NCBI GenBank assembly: GCA_963666215.2
Contig: CAXWPL010000005.1
Location: forward strand, 800,001 to 864,000
From: Acidobacteriota bacterium
GTDB lineage: Bacteria; Acidobacteriota; UBA890; WLXD01
DNA: 64,000 nt
Direction: 5' to 3'
Positions 30,932 to 41,276 of this stretch are shown here, one piece after another. The notes beneath the pieces are model-generated. The model searched no databases. It was not told where the DNA came from and was given only the letters and a program-made list of their open reading frames with translations. The translations under genes and the position numbers were made by a program. Every line of letters starts with the position of its first letter. Position 1 is the first letter of the stretch.

Positions 30932-32128
30932 GTGCACCGCTCCCTATCGCGTATCAGCCTGTCAACCGTTCTGCACGAGACTGCCGCGATCGCCAGCGCC
31001 TCGACGATTGCACTGCTGCTGCTGCTCTATCTGCACCACGAATGGCGGCTGGGATGGGCGCTCGTCTGCGGCCTACTGGGCGGCGTGGCACTCCGGCGCG
31101 TGGTTCGACCGAGCTACCTGTCGTTCCCCTATTACTTGCGTCAGCCGCTCAGCGGCGGAGTGATTCTGCTCGGATCGCTCGTCGCCAGCTGGGCGACTTT
31201 GGCGCGCGATCCGGTGTCCTATTGGCTGCTGCGCTGGCGCGAAGCCGCCACCATGCCGATCTTGGCTGCGGTCCTCGGATTGGGGCTTGCCGGTATCATC
31301 TATACACACTCCCGTCTGCAGCGTGAGGTGGCAGCGAAAGAGCGCCTCGAAGAAGATCTGCGCGTCGCCAATCGCATCCAGCAGAACCTGCTGAGCAGTC
31401 CGGTGCCGGAGCGCGACTGGCTTCAAGCCTATGCAACCAACATCGCATCGCGCGAGGTGGGAGGCGACTACTACGAGATCCTCGACGGCAGGGACCGTGA
31501 AGATGGCTCGATAGCGTTCGCCGTGGGAGATGTTTCCGGCAAGGGCGTGCCGGCGGCACTTCTGATGTCGACGCTGCAGTCCGCCTTCCTGGCCGCCTAC
31601 TCGGCAAATGACGCCCTGGCGGAGGTCTGCACAGCGGTGAATCAATTCCTCCACGACCGTACGACCCCTGAGCGCTACGCCACCTTCTTCGTAGGCATCG
31701 TCGGCCCCGACTTGCGGCTCACCTTCGTGAACGCTGGGCACAACCCTCCGCTGCTCATCCCGGCCGCCGGCGAGGTCACACGACTGTTCGGCGGTGGTCG
31801 ACCGCTCGGCCTCTTTGGCGACAGCGCGTACCGAACGCATACGCTGCAGCTCAGCGCCGACGACCTGCTCGTGGCGTTCACCGATGGCGTAACCGAGGCC
31901 GCCGACGAGAGCGACGAGGAGTTCGGTGAAACCCGGCTCGTCGAGGTCGTCCAGCGTGCGCGCCGAGCGCCGGAGTGGACACCAGAGCAGATCACCAACG
32001 CGGTGCTGCGGGCCATCGACGACCATGCTGGGGCGGCGGAGGAACAGGCCGACGACATCACGATGCTGATGCTGCGACTGGCCGCGGCCGAAAACAGCCG
32101 CGGGACGCGGGCGGAGATGAGTTGCTGA
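30932..32128 (+). CDS. Membrane-anchored SpoIIE/RsbU-like PP2C phosphatase
   Basis: VGGDYY, GDVSGKG, NAGHNPP, FTDGVTEA, DDIT; N-terminal TM domain. Confidence 0.92.
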   Translation: MHRSLSRISLSTVLHETAAIASASTIALLLLLYLHHEWRLGWALVCGLLGGVALRRVVRPSYLSFPYYLRQPLSGGVILLGSLVASWATLARDPVSYWLLRWREAATMPILAAVLGLGLAGIIYTHSRLQREVAAKERLEEDLRVANRIQQNLLSSPVPERDWLQAYATNIASREVGGDYYEILDGRDREDGSIAFAVGDVSGKGVPAALLMSTLQSAFLAAYSANDALAEVCTAVNQFLHDRTTPERYATFFVGIVGPDLRLTFVNAGHNPPLLIPAAGEVTRLFGGGRPLGLFGDSAYRTHTLQLSADDLLVAFTDGVTEAADESDEEFGETRLVEVVQRARRAPEWTPEQITNAVLRAIDDHAGAAEEQADDITMLMLRLAAAENSRGTRAEMSC

Positions 32129-33252
32129 GCGTGGGTGAAGGGTCTCGCCGAACGAGCCCCTCGCGCGTATCGAGCCGAACAGGCCGCTCGCTTGCACTCG
32201 ATCTGTTCGTCGACACCGGTTCCGCTGTGTGCGGCTGGGCGGTGGCGCTGGTGCTGCTGCGATATCTGCACGACGTTTGGCAGCCCGGCTGGGCCGCGAT
32301 CTGCGGCGTGCTCGGAGGAATCGTGTTGCGGCGGGCGGTGCGACCCACCTACGGCAGCTTTCCGATCTATCTGCGACGCCCCCTCAGCGCCGCGGTCGTG
32401 CTGCTCGGAGCCACAGTCGCCAGTTGGGCTACCCTCGCGCGGCAGCCGTCCTCCTATTGGCTGCTGCGCTGGCGCGAGGCCTCGATGCTGGCCCTGCTCG
32501 CTGCCTCGATCGGCCTCGGTCTGGCGGCGGTGATCTACTCGCACGCGAGGCTGCGGCGCGAGATCGAAGCAGCGCGGGAGCGCGAGGCTGAGCTGCGGGA
32601 GGCAACACTGCAGGCGCAACTGCGCGCACTGCAGGCCCAGATCAACCCACACTTTCTGTTCAACGCCTTCAACGCGCTGGCCGAGCTCACTCACGACGAC
32701 CCCGTAGTGGCGGAGCAGCTGGTCGGCGATCTCGCACACCTGCTGCGCTACAGCCTGCGCTCGTCGGCAGCCGCGACGGTTCCGCTGCGTCAGGAGGTCG
32801 AGGCAATCGAGCGCTACCTGCGCATCGAGCAGGCGCGCCTCGGCGAACGACTGCGAGTGAGCATTGATGTCGATGCGGACGTCCTCGACGCGCCGATCCC
32901 TGGACTCGTCTTGCAGCCATTGGTTGAGAACGCGGTACAACACGCGGTGGCAACGCGGCGCTCCGGCGGCCTCGTGCGAATCCGTGCGGAGCGACGCAAT
33001 GGGGCACTCCGACTCGCCGTCGACGACGACGGCCCCGGCCTGCCCGACTCGGTACGGGCACAGCTCGCCGCACACGCATCGAGCCCGGCGATCGACTCTG
33101 TCGATCTGGGTTCGACGCCCGGGACGGCAGGGGCCGGCGGTGGGCTCCTCAACGTCGCGCGCAGGCTTGATCTCGCGTACCGTGGCCGGGCGCGGCTGAC
33201 CACCGTGGCTACCGACCACGGCACCAACATTGAGGTGTTGATCCCGGCATGA
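32122..33252 (+). CDS. LytS/YehU-type membrane sensor histidine kinase (start TTG 32122 or GTG 32131)
   Basis: LQAQINPHFLFN, LQPLVENAVQH, DDDGPG, GLLNVARRL. Confidence 0.92.
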   Translation: MLSVGEGSRRTSPSRVSSRTGRSLALDLFVDTGSAVCGWAVALVLLRYLHDVWQPGWAAICGVLGGIVLRRAVRPTYGSFPIYLRRPLSAAVVLLGATVASWATLARQPSSYWLLRWREASMLALLAASIGLGLAAVIYSHARLRREIEAAREREAELREATLQAQLRALQAQINPHFLFNAFNALAELTHDDPVVAEQLVGDLAHLLRYSLRSSAAATVPLRQEVEAIERYLRIEQARLGERLRVSIDVDADVLDAPIPGLVLQPLVENAVQHAVATRRSGGLVRIRAERRNGALRLAVDDDGPGLPDSVRAQLAAHASSPAIDSVDLGSTPGTAGAGGGLLNVARRLDLAYRGRARLTTVATDHGTNIEVLIPA

Positions 33253-34031
33253 CCGTCCGAGCCGTAGTCGTTGACGACGAGCCTCTGGCACGCCGCCGCC
33301 TCTGGCGGCTACTCGCCGAACACCCCGACATAGAGCTCGTTGGCGAAGCATCCGATGGCGAAGCCGCTGTCGAGATCGTTCTGCGCGAGCGTCCGCACGT
33401 GCTGTTTCTCGACGTCCGGATGCCCGGCGAAGACGGGCTGTCAACACTCAGGCGCCTGCGAGACGACCTGAGCGACGAGCTGCGACCGCTTGCCGTTTTC
33501 ACAACCGCCTACGAGGAGCACGCCGTCGAGGCGTTCGCTCTCGAGGGCACCGACTACCTCGTCAAGCCGATCGACCGCCAGCAGCTGACCCGCGCGCTGC
33601 GCCGCGTTCGCCAGCGCTTGTCGGCCGATCAAGGCGCGGACGCCGCGGCCGAGGAAGCGGGGCGCCCGGAGGCAGCGACAGGACGCGCCAAATTGGCAAC
33701 GGGTCACCTGGCCGGGCACCGGGCCGGCAAGATCGTCAACTTGCAGCTGAAGGACGTCGCCTGCATCGCCGTCGAGGACACGATCACCTGGGCCTACACC
33801 CCACAGGGCCGCTACCGGCTCAAGCTGGCGCTGCACGAGGCAGAGGAACGGCTACGTTGTCCACCGTTCGTCCGGGTGTCGCGTTCGTCGGTGATCAATC
33901 TCGAGTGGGTCGACCACATCGCCCCGATGTTCTCGGGAACGTACGTGGCGGTGATGCGTCCGGGGATCGGACTCGAGGTCCACGTTTCGCGTCGTAGAGC
34001 GCGCGACCTACGCGAATTGATGGGTTGGTAG
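33249..34031 (+). CDS. LytTR-family response regulator
   Basis: VVDDEPLAR, LFLDVRMP, FTTAY, DYLVKP; FVRVSRSSVINL..VSRRR LytTR domain. Confidence 0.95.
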   Translation: MTVRAVVVDDEPLARRRLWRLLAEHPDIELVGEASDGEAAVEIVLRERPHVLFLDVRMPGEDGLSTLRRLRDDLSDELRPLAVFTTAYEEHAVEAFALEGTDYLVKPIDRQQLTRALRRVRQRLSADQGADAAAEEAGRPEAATGRAKLATGHLAGHRAGKIVNLQLKDVACIAVEDTITWAYTPQGRYRLKLALHEAEERLRCPPFVRVSRSSVINLEWVDHIAPMFSGTYVAVMRPGIGLEVHVSRRRARDLRELMGW

Positions 34032-34044
34032 GGCGCCGCCGCAC

Positions 34045-34132
34045 CCGTTCAGACCACTCAGCCGACCGGTCGCACGATCCCTCGGCCGTTGTTGCGGTGT
34101 CCCGATCTTCCGCGCTCTGCCGCTGGCATACT
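34045..34132 (+). promoter_or_regulatory. Putative LytTR direct repeats (CCGTTC/CCGGTC/CCGTTG, 20-21 bp period) plus extended -10 TGgCATACT
   Basis: Repeats at 34045, 34066 and 34086; -10 at 34127-34132. Confidence 0.4.
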
Positions 34133-34213
34133 CAACCTCACGTGGGCGCAGGTCTGCGGCGTTCGCATCGCGATCTCGTCCATCAACGCTGACCTCTTCG
34201 CAGGAAATTCGAC

Positions 34214-35521
34214 GTGCGACAACGGAGTTCAAGCCAAGCTGCCGGGGCACTGTGTTTGGCGCCGGCGTTCATCGCCGGCTTCGGGCTCCCACTCGTGGGC
34301 GGCGCCGCGGAGGCTGTGCAAGCGCCCGCGGGCACGACGTCGCAGGAGACCGGTGTCGCCGAGACATCCCCGCCCGAGCAATCCGCGCCGTCCGAGTCCC
34401 AATCAAACGTCGAAGGCGTCAGCGACAGCGACGGAGATGGCCCGTTGCCACCCACGTTCATCAGTCAACTGGCCGGCGAGCTCGGTGACGTCTACGGCGA
34501 CATCTTCTTCTGGGGACAGCGCCTGCGCATCACCGGCCGCGTGCTCGACAACGCCTTCGTCGGCGGCATGGTGGCGTCGCTCGACGGCGGCACGGTCGAG
34601 GGCGATCTCTTCGCGTTCGGCACCGGCGTCACGGTCGACGGCGAGGTGTTCGGCGATGTTTACGCCTTCGCGCAGCAGCTGACGATCACCGAGCGAGCGA
34701 GGATCCACGGCAACGTCATCGTCTTCGTGGGAGCGCTGACGATCGACGGTAGCGTCGGTGGACTCGTGACCGGCGGCGGCGGTGCCTTGCGAATCAACGG
34801 CTTGGTGGGTTCGATCGACCTCGATTGCGGGCTGATAGAGGTGGGGCCGGAAGCACGAATTCTGGGCGACCTCGAGTACACCTCGAACGAGGAGGCCGAC
34901 ATCGACCAGGGAGCCTCGATCGGTGGCGAGGTGCGTTGGAATCGCGAAGAAGCCGATGAGGAAGACGAAGACGAAGAGAACAGCTCCGGCTGGACCGCTT
35001 TCGGCATCTTGTGGCAAGCGTGGGGCTACCTGAGCAAGCTGGTTGTGGGAGTGGTGGCACTCGTGCTCGGCGGTGCGGCGGCGCGCGCGCCGGCCGCCGC
35101 GCTGCGCCGTCACCCGGCACGCGGCCTCGGCTTCGGTTTCGTGGCGGCCGTGGTGGTGCCCGTGGCCTGTGTTGTGGCGATGTTGCTGGTCGTCGGATTG
35201 CCGCTCGGCGCGATCGGCCTGGGGTTCTACGCGATCGCTGTCTACCTGGCGCGGCTGGTCACGGCGCACTGGATAGGTGACTGGCTGCTGCGGCGAGTCA
35301 GCAAGCGAGCCCCCTCCGAATACCTCTCCCTGGCGCTCGGATTGCTGCTACTGCTGTTGGCGATGCGGGTCCCCTACCTCGGGTTCCTGGTGCACATGAC
35401 GGCGATCGTCGCTGGCATCGGCGGTATCTTCCTGACCGGACGTGGCTATTTCACGGGCGGTGGCCCCGGCACAGGCGGTGACGCAGGTGCCGCCCTCGAC
35501 GCGAGCGCGGAGGCAGCCTAG
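34214..35521 (+). CDS. Exported beta-helix (bactofilin-like repeat) protein with C-terminal multi-TM domain
   Basis: Signal-like N-terminus; repeats such as GDVYAFAQQLTI/GNVIVFVGALTIDG; about 6 C-terminal TMs. Confidence 0.65.
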   Translation: MRQRSSSQAAGALCLAPAFIAGFGLPLVGGAAEAVQAPAGTTSQETGVAETSPPEQSAPSESQSNVEGVSDSDGDGPLPPTFISQLAGELGDVYGDIFFWGQRLRITGRVLDNAFVGGMVASLDGGTVEGDLFAFGTGVTVDGEVFGDVYAFAQQLTITERARIHGNVIVFVGALTIDGSVGGLVTGGGGALRINGLVGSIDLDCGLIEVGPEARILGDLEYTSNEEADIDQGASIGGEVRWNREEADEEDEDEENSSGWTAFGILWQAWGYLSKLVVGVVALVLGGAAARAPAAALRRHPARGLGFGFVAAVVVPVACVVAMLLVVGLPLGAIGLGFYAIAVYLARLVTAHWIGDWLLRRVSKRAPSEYLSLALGLLLLLLAMRVPYLGFLVHMTAIVAGIGGIFLTGRGYFTGGGPGTGGDAGAALDASAEAA

Positions 35522-35565
35522 GCAGGCTGGCTGGAAACCTCCGCCGCGAGCTCTGAGCGAGAATC

Positions 35566-36528
35566 ATGCCGGCGATCGAAGCACGCGGAATCCGCAAGGA
35601 GTACGACAGCACGGTTGCGTTGCGCTCCATCGACCTGTCGATCTCGGAGGGCGGCGTTGTGGGGCTGCTCGGCCCGAACGGCGCCGGCAAGACCACGCTT
35701 GTGGAGATCTTCGAAGGGCTAAGACGACCGACGGCGGGAACGGTGAGCGTCCTCGGCCTCGACCCGAGCTCCCAGACCCGACAGCTCAAAGAGCGCATCG
35801 GTGTTCAACTCCAAACGACCGCGCTGCCACAGGAGCTCACTGTCTTCGAGGTCCTTCGACTGTTCGCCTCGTTCTACGAGTCGGCCCGGCCGGTGGCCGA
35901 GGTGCTCGAGATGGTCGACCTCGTCGAGCTCGCCAAACAGAAGGCCAGCACTCTCTCCGGTGGCCAACGACAGCGCCTGGTGCTGGGAATCGCGCTCATT
36001 CACAGCCCCGAGCTGATCCTGCTCGACGAGCCCACCACTGGCCTCGACCCGGTCGCTCGCCGCGACCTTCACGCCTTGATCCGCGAGCTTCGCGACCAGG
36101 GCCGAACCATGCTTCTGACAACCCATTACATCGAAGAGGCCGAGCATCTGTGCGATCGCGTCATCATGATCCGCGGCGGAGAGATTGTTGCGGATGGCAC
36201 ACCCTTCGACTTGGTGGGCCAATCCACTGACTCCTCGATTATCTGGATCTCCGTCGACGGCGAGATGGATCCGACGCCTTTGTTCCAGGCCGGCATCGAG
36301 CCGCTCGGCCGGCAGGGCCAGCATCACAAGTTCTCGACCACGGACCCCACCGCAACCGTGCTCGCGCTCGGCGACATGCTGCGGTCACAGGGGCTGCAGC
36401 TGCTCGACCTGCGGATGAAGCGGCCGACGCTCGAGGACGTCTACCTCGAGCTGATGCGCGACGAGGACGTCGCGCCCGATCCTGCCGAAGATGGCAGCGG
36501 CGGCGATCCGAGCGAGGGCGCATCGTGA
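35566..36528 (+). CDS. ABC-2 type exporter ATP-binding protein
   Basis: GPNGAGKTT, LSGGQRQ, LLDEPTTGLD, TTH. Confidence 0.95.
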   Translation: MPAIEARGIRKEYDSTVALRSIDLSISEGGVVGLLGPNGAGKTTLVEIFEGLRRPTAGTVSVLGLDPSSQTRQLKERIGVQLQTTALPQELTVFEVLRLFASFYESARPVAEVLEMVDLVELAKQKASTLSGGQRQRLVLGIALIHSPELILLDEPTTGLDPVARRDLHALIRELRDQGRTMLLTTHYIEEAEHLCDRVIMIRGGEIVADGTPFDLVGQSTDSSIIWISVDGEMDPTPLFQAGIEPLGRQGQHHKFSTTDPTATVLALGDMLRSQGLQLLDLRMKRPTLEDVYLELMRDEDVAPDPAEDGSGGDPSEGAS

Positions 36529-38632
36529 CCCTGCTGCGCGGCCTCGGGCCGCTGTCGCGCGTCTACCTGCTGCAAGCGGTGCGCTCGAAGACCGCGATCT
36601 TCTGGAACCTCGTCTTCCCCCTCGTCTGGCTCTTCCTCTTCGGTTTCGTCTTCGGCCGCGGCGACCCCCTGGTCATCAGCGCTCTGATTCCCGGCCTGTT
36701 CACCATCACCATCATGTCGTCGGCCTTCTTCGGCGTCTCCTACGTGCTGGTGATGGAGCGCGAGACTGGCATCCTGCGGCGCTATCGCGTTACCCCCGTG
36801 AGTCCCCTCGTCATCGTTCTGGCGAACTCATGCCGCGCCCTCGCCATGATGCTTGTGTCGCTGCTGATTCAGGGCGTCGTCGCCTGGCTGGTGTTCGACA
36901 TTCGGATTGCCGGATCGCTGCTCTCCGTGTTCGCGGTGATCGTGCTCGGAGCCGCGGCCTTCGTGCCGCTCGGGCTCCTTGTCGGCAGCGTGGCGCAGGA
37001 TATGCGCACGGCGCCCGCCATCTCGAACCTGCTGTTTTTCCCACTGATGTTCGGCTCAGGCGCGGCGATCCCGGCCTGGATGCTGCCGGGCTTCATGCAG
37101 ACGGTCTCGCGGTTCATTCCGTCGAGCTACCTCGTCGAATCCCTGCAGGGCGTGATGGTCCGGGGCGAAGGCCTACTCGATCTGCTCGGCCCAATCACGG
37201 TGCTGTTGCTAACGCTCGTGGTCGGAGCAGGACTGAACAGCCTGCTGTTCCGTTGGGAGAGCAGTGATCCCGTCGATCGGCGTAGGCTCTTGATGGTCGT
37301 GGCTGCACTGATCGTTCTGTTCGCTGCCGCCGCGCTGCTGGCGCCGTCCTTCCGTATGATCAAGAGCCCGAGCGAAGCCCGCGCCGATTCGGCCGCCGGG
37401 ACGGACGCCACCGAACGTACGTTGCTGGTTGGTGCGACCATCCTCGACGGTCTTGGCGGCCGCGTTGAGGAGGGCTACCTCCTGGTCAACAACGGGCGCA
37501 TCGAAGCGATCGGTCCGGCATCCGACCAGAAACAGGATCTGGGAAGCGATCTCGTCGACGCAGCGAGCGTCGTCGATCTGGGCGGCAAGTTCGTCCTGCC
37601 CGGACTGATCGACTCCCACATGCACATCGGCGGATCGGGAGGAGGCATGGCCTCCGCGGCTGAGATGGCGCCAACGCGGTTCACGTCCTCGTTGCGCGGC
37701 TACCTCGGAGTGGGTGTCACAACGGTGGTCTCACTCACCGATATCCCCTCGCATATGCGCGACCTCGCCGAGCGCGTCGACGACGGTGCGGTGATGGCAC
37801 CCCGCATGCTGTTCGCCGGCGCGTCGATTACCGCTCCCGGAGGGCACCCGGCGGCACGCTTCTCCACCGTTCCCGGACTCGCCGATCAGCTCACACACCA
37901 GGTGTCCGATGCGGACGAGGCTCGCGCGGCGGTTCAACGTGCCCGCGACTCAGGAGCCTCACTGATCAAGCTCGTCCTCGAAGAGGGCGCCGGCTACGAG
38001 CAGCTGCCGCGCCTCGACGAGGGCGCCTTCCGAGCCGCCGTCGCCGAGGCGCATGCGCTCGGACTGAAGGTCACCACTCATGTGGGCAGCGACGCCGACG
38101 CGAGGCTCGCGCTCGACGCCGGCGTGGATTCCCTGCAGCACACGCCGCGCGGACTGACAGCGGAGACGATTGCTGCGCTTGCCGCCAGCGGCACGCCACT
38201 GACTCCCACCCTCGCCGTGCTCGAGGGCCTCAACAAAGCGGCGCACGCCGATCCGTTCGACAACGTGCTGATCTCGCGCTGGGTTGATCGGGGGATTGTC
38301 GAGTCGCTGTCCTCACCTGACTCCTGGGTCGCTCAGATGCGCCAGGTCGCAGGCTTTCAGCTGGGCATGGAGATGGCGTTCGCTGGCGCTATGGCCGCAA
38401 CCCGCGACGCGATCTCGGGGGGCGCCGCGATCCTGGTGGGAAGCGACTCGGGGAACGCGATGAGATCGGTCGCCTGGCGCCGGGTGCGCATGCGGACTTT
38501 CTGGTGCTTGACGTCGATCCGACCGTCGATATCTCTGCCTTACGCCAGCTGCACGCGGTCTACTTCCGCGGCGATAGACTCGACCTCGACACTCTGCTGA
38601 CCGACCCGGCGGGGATCTGGCTGCCCCAGTAG
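36525..38632 (+). pseudogene. ABC-2 permease fused to an amidohydrolase; internal deletion and frameshift near 38459
   Basis: ERETGILRR permease; PGLIDSHMH, IKL, TTH, LQH, GSDSG; the C-terminal DEIGRLAPGAHADFLVLD..* lies in another frame, ending at 38632. Confidence 0.75.
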
Positions 38633-38685
38633 ACCGCACAAGATGATCGCGACGATGGTGTTCACGAGGACTTGCCAAGATTGAC

Positions 38686-39606
38686 GTGGCCACGATGACG
38701 CCTAGCGGACCACGGGTGAGTGTGATCGTCCCCTGCTTCAATCACGGTCACTTCCTTGCCGACGCGATCGAGAGTGTTCTCGGACAGACGTACGGCAACA
38801 TCGAGCTGATCGTTGTCGATGACGGCTCAACCGATGACACCGCTCTCGTGGCGAGAGCCTTCGGTGACAAGCTGCGCTACGTCCATCAGGCCAACCGCGG
38901 CCTCTCAGGTGCGCGAAACACCGGAATTCAAGCCGCATCCGGCGACTTCCTGCTCTTTCTCGACTCCGACGACTGCATCGAAACGGAGCTGATCGCGCGT
39001 GTCATCCAAGCCGCAACGGAGCACCCCGACGGGCACATTTTCCACGCCGGCTGGCACTACATCGGACGGTCCCGCGAGCTACAAAACACCGTGCGCGCAA
39101 CCCCTATCGACGGCGATGCTGTTGAGAGCCTTCTGCAAGGCAATCGCTTTCCGCCCTGCGCTGTGGTGATCGCTCGTAACATGGTGGACCGCGTTGGAGA
39201 GTTCAAGGACGATCTGAGAGCGGGCGAAGATTGGGACTATTGGACTCGAGCGGCGATTCTCGGCGCCAAGTTCGTGGCGGTATCAGACGTTCATGGCCTC
39301 TACCGTCGCTACCCCGGCACGATGTCGACGGACCACCAACGCATGTGGCACTCCGGCCTGCGAGTGCTCCACGATGCCGACGAGATGACCCACGGTGCCA
39401 AGAGACTCCTGGTGCAGGAAGGTGTCCGCTCCTGGAGACGGTACTGCGGTAAGCGGCTGGTCGAGGGTCTTCAGGCCTCTCACCCCGTGAAGAGCCTGAG
39501 GACAATGGCCAGCGCTGTCGCGACCGACCCCGCACTTGCCCCTGTATTGGCCCATCGATTGGCAAGCCTCGTTTGGCACCGCTCCCTAGGCTCCCGGCGA
39601 CGGTAG
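38686..39606 (+). CDS. Glycosyltransferase family 2
   Basis: VSVIVPCFN, VDDGSTD, NRGLSGARN, FLDSDD, GEDWD. Confidence 0.92.
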   Translation: MATMTPSGPRVSVIVPCFNHGHFLADAIESVLGQTYGNIELIVVDDGSTDDTALVARAFGDKLRYVHQANRGLSGARNTGIQAASGDFLLFLDSDDCIETELIARVIQAATEHPDGHIFHAGWHYIGRSRELQNTVRATPIDGDAVESLLQGNRFPPCAVVIARNMVDRVGEFKDDLRAGEDWDYWTRAAILGAKFVAVSDVHGLYRRYPGTMSTDHQRMWHSGLRVLHDADEMTHGAKRLLVQEGVRSWRRYCGKRLVEGLQASHPVKSLRTMASAVATDPALAPVLAHRLASLVWHRSLGSRRR

Positions 39607-39616
39607 CCCGATCCAG

Positions 39617-40582
39617 ATGCCGACGGTCTCCATCATCATCTGCACGCGCAATCGCGCTGATCATCTACGACAAACCTTGTCTGCGATGAGCCAGGTGCAG
39701 TTGCCGCGTGACCTGCCGGCCGAGCTCGTCGTCGTCGACAACGGGTCCACCGATCGCACCGAGGAGCTCGTCGGAAGTCACGAATCGAGAGCGCTGCCCC
39801 TCCGCTACATCAATGAGCCCTGCGCCGGCCTGGCGTACGCGCGAAACGCGGGACTTCGCCGAACCCGTGGCGAGATCATCCTCTTTACCGACGACGACGT
39901 GCGCCCAGGGCCCGCATGGATCGAAGAAATGTGTCGACCCATTCACGCCGGGCAGGCCGACTCGGTCGCCGGCAGAGTCGCTCTGGCCCCTCACCTCGAA
40001 CGTCCTTGGCTCCAGCAACGACATCGCAGCTTGTTCGCATCGCGGTCACTGGACGCACTGGCGAAGAACACGGTTGGCGCGAACATGGCGTCCGCGCGCC
40101 GTGTCCTCGACAAGGTCCCGCTCTTCGATCCGGAGCTCGGGGCGGGCGCCCTCGGATTCGGCGAGGACACTCTGTTCTCGCTCCAGCTACTGCGAGCCGG
40201 CTATCGACACATCGTCGGGAGCACCGACACTACGGTGGAACACCACTTTGAAGAAGATCGTTTGCTCCATAGCTCCCTCGTCAATTCGGCCGAACAACGA
40301 GGGCGCTCGAGGGCCTATGTTGCGTATCACTGGAACCATCTCCGCACCACGCATCGCAGATCTCGCCTGCTGAAGGCCTATGGGAAGCTGCTGTTGTCGC
40401 TGGCTCCAGCAGCAGCTTCCCGGAGCACAAACGGACATCGCGAGGGAATCGGGCTCAGAGAGCTCGGCGCCAGACTGAGGATTGCGTTTCTGCAGCAGTT
40501 GCGGATCGAAGAAGCGCGATCCCCGAACTACGAGCCCTACGGGCTTTGCAAGCTTGGTGGTCGGCTCGACGCTCTGGAATAG
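39617..40582 (+). CDS. Glycosyltransferase family 2
   Basis: SIIICTRNR, VDNGSTD, ARN, FTDDD, GANM, GEDT. Confidence 0.92.
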   Translation: MPTVSIIICTRNRADHLRQTLSAMSQVQLPRDLPAELVVVDNGSTDRTEELVGSHESRALPLRYINEPCAGLAYARNAGLRRTRGEIILFTDDDVRPGPAWIEEMCRPIHAGQADSVAGRVALAPHLERPWLQQRHRSLFASRSLDALAKNTVGANMASARRVLDKVPLFDPELGAGALGFGEDTLFSLQLLRAGYRHIVGSTDTTVEHHFEEDRLLHSSLVNSAEQRGRSRAYVAYHWNHLRTTHRRSRLLKAYGKLLLSLAPAAASRSTNGHREGIGLRELGARLRIAFLQQLRIEEARSPNYEPYGLCKLGGRLDALE

Positions 40583-40781
40583 GTAGACCCACGAATCGCG
40601 AGCCGCCGCTCGGAGCTCTCGAGCCCTTGGGGAGAACGACCGCCAGGCCGACAACGAGGCCGTGGAGCGCGGTGTGCTCGAGAGTCTCACGCGGCGGTCC
40701 GATGAGGCAGTGCATCGTGCGGCGAAGAAGCGCACGCGCAAACCCTCGTAGCTGCTGGCGCCGCGCAATGCGCAGTCGCTG

Positions 40782-40838
40782 TTGACAAGCCGAAGCCCGG
40801 GTGCTAATTATTTAGCAGTTCATGCTAACTAACCAGCA
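40782..40838 (+). promoter_or_regulatory. Sigma70 promoter (-35 TTGACA) overlapped by two BlaI-type operators TGCTAA-N4-TTAGCA
   Basis: TTGACA at 40782; TGCTAATTATTTAGCA at 40802-40817; TGCTAACTAACCAGCA at 40823-40838. Confidence 0.75.
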
Positions 40839-40880
40839 CCTACCGTCCGCCCATCGAACCCGAGTGGACGTGGAGGCGAG

Positions 40881-41276
40881 ATGTCCGAACAGCTAGAACA
40901 CACCTTGAGTCGCCGCGAGCGTCAAATCATGGACACGCTGTTCCGGCGGGGACGTGCCAGCGCCGCCGACGTGCAGACAGACCTTCCCGATCCCCCGAGC
41001 TACTCCGCCGTGCGAGCACACCTCAGAATTCTCGAAGAAAAGGGACACATCCGGCACGTGCAGGACGGTCCGAGATACATCTACATCCCCACGATGACCA
41101 AAGACCGCGCCAAGCGATCAGCCCTACGCCACCTGGTCGAGACCTTCTTCAACGGCTCCGCGGAACAGGCAATGGCGGCGCTTCTCGACGACGAGTCCAC
41201 GGCGATCTCCGAAGCTGACCTGGACCGACTGAGCGGCCTCATCGACCGGGCACGCGAACTGGAGCAGACACGATGA
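40881..41276 (+). CDS. BlaI/MecI/CopY family repressor
   Basis: LSRRERQIM, SYSAVRAHLRILEEKG, LVETFFNGS. Confidence 0.93.
   Translation: MSEQLEHTLSRRERQIMDTLFRRGRASAADVQTDLPDPPSYSAVRAHLRILEEKGHIRHVQDGPRYIYIPTMTKDRAKRSALRHLVETFFNGSAEQAMAALLDDESTAISEADLDRLSGLIDRARELEQTR

Noticed and set aside
31675-33447. 590-aa minus-strand ORF
   Set aside because: Antisense to the phosphatase and kinase genes; no independent signal
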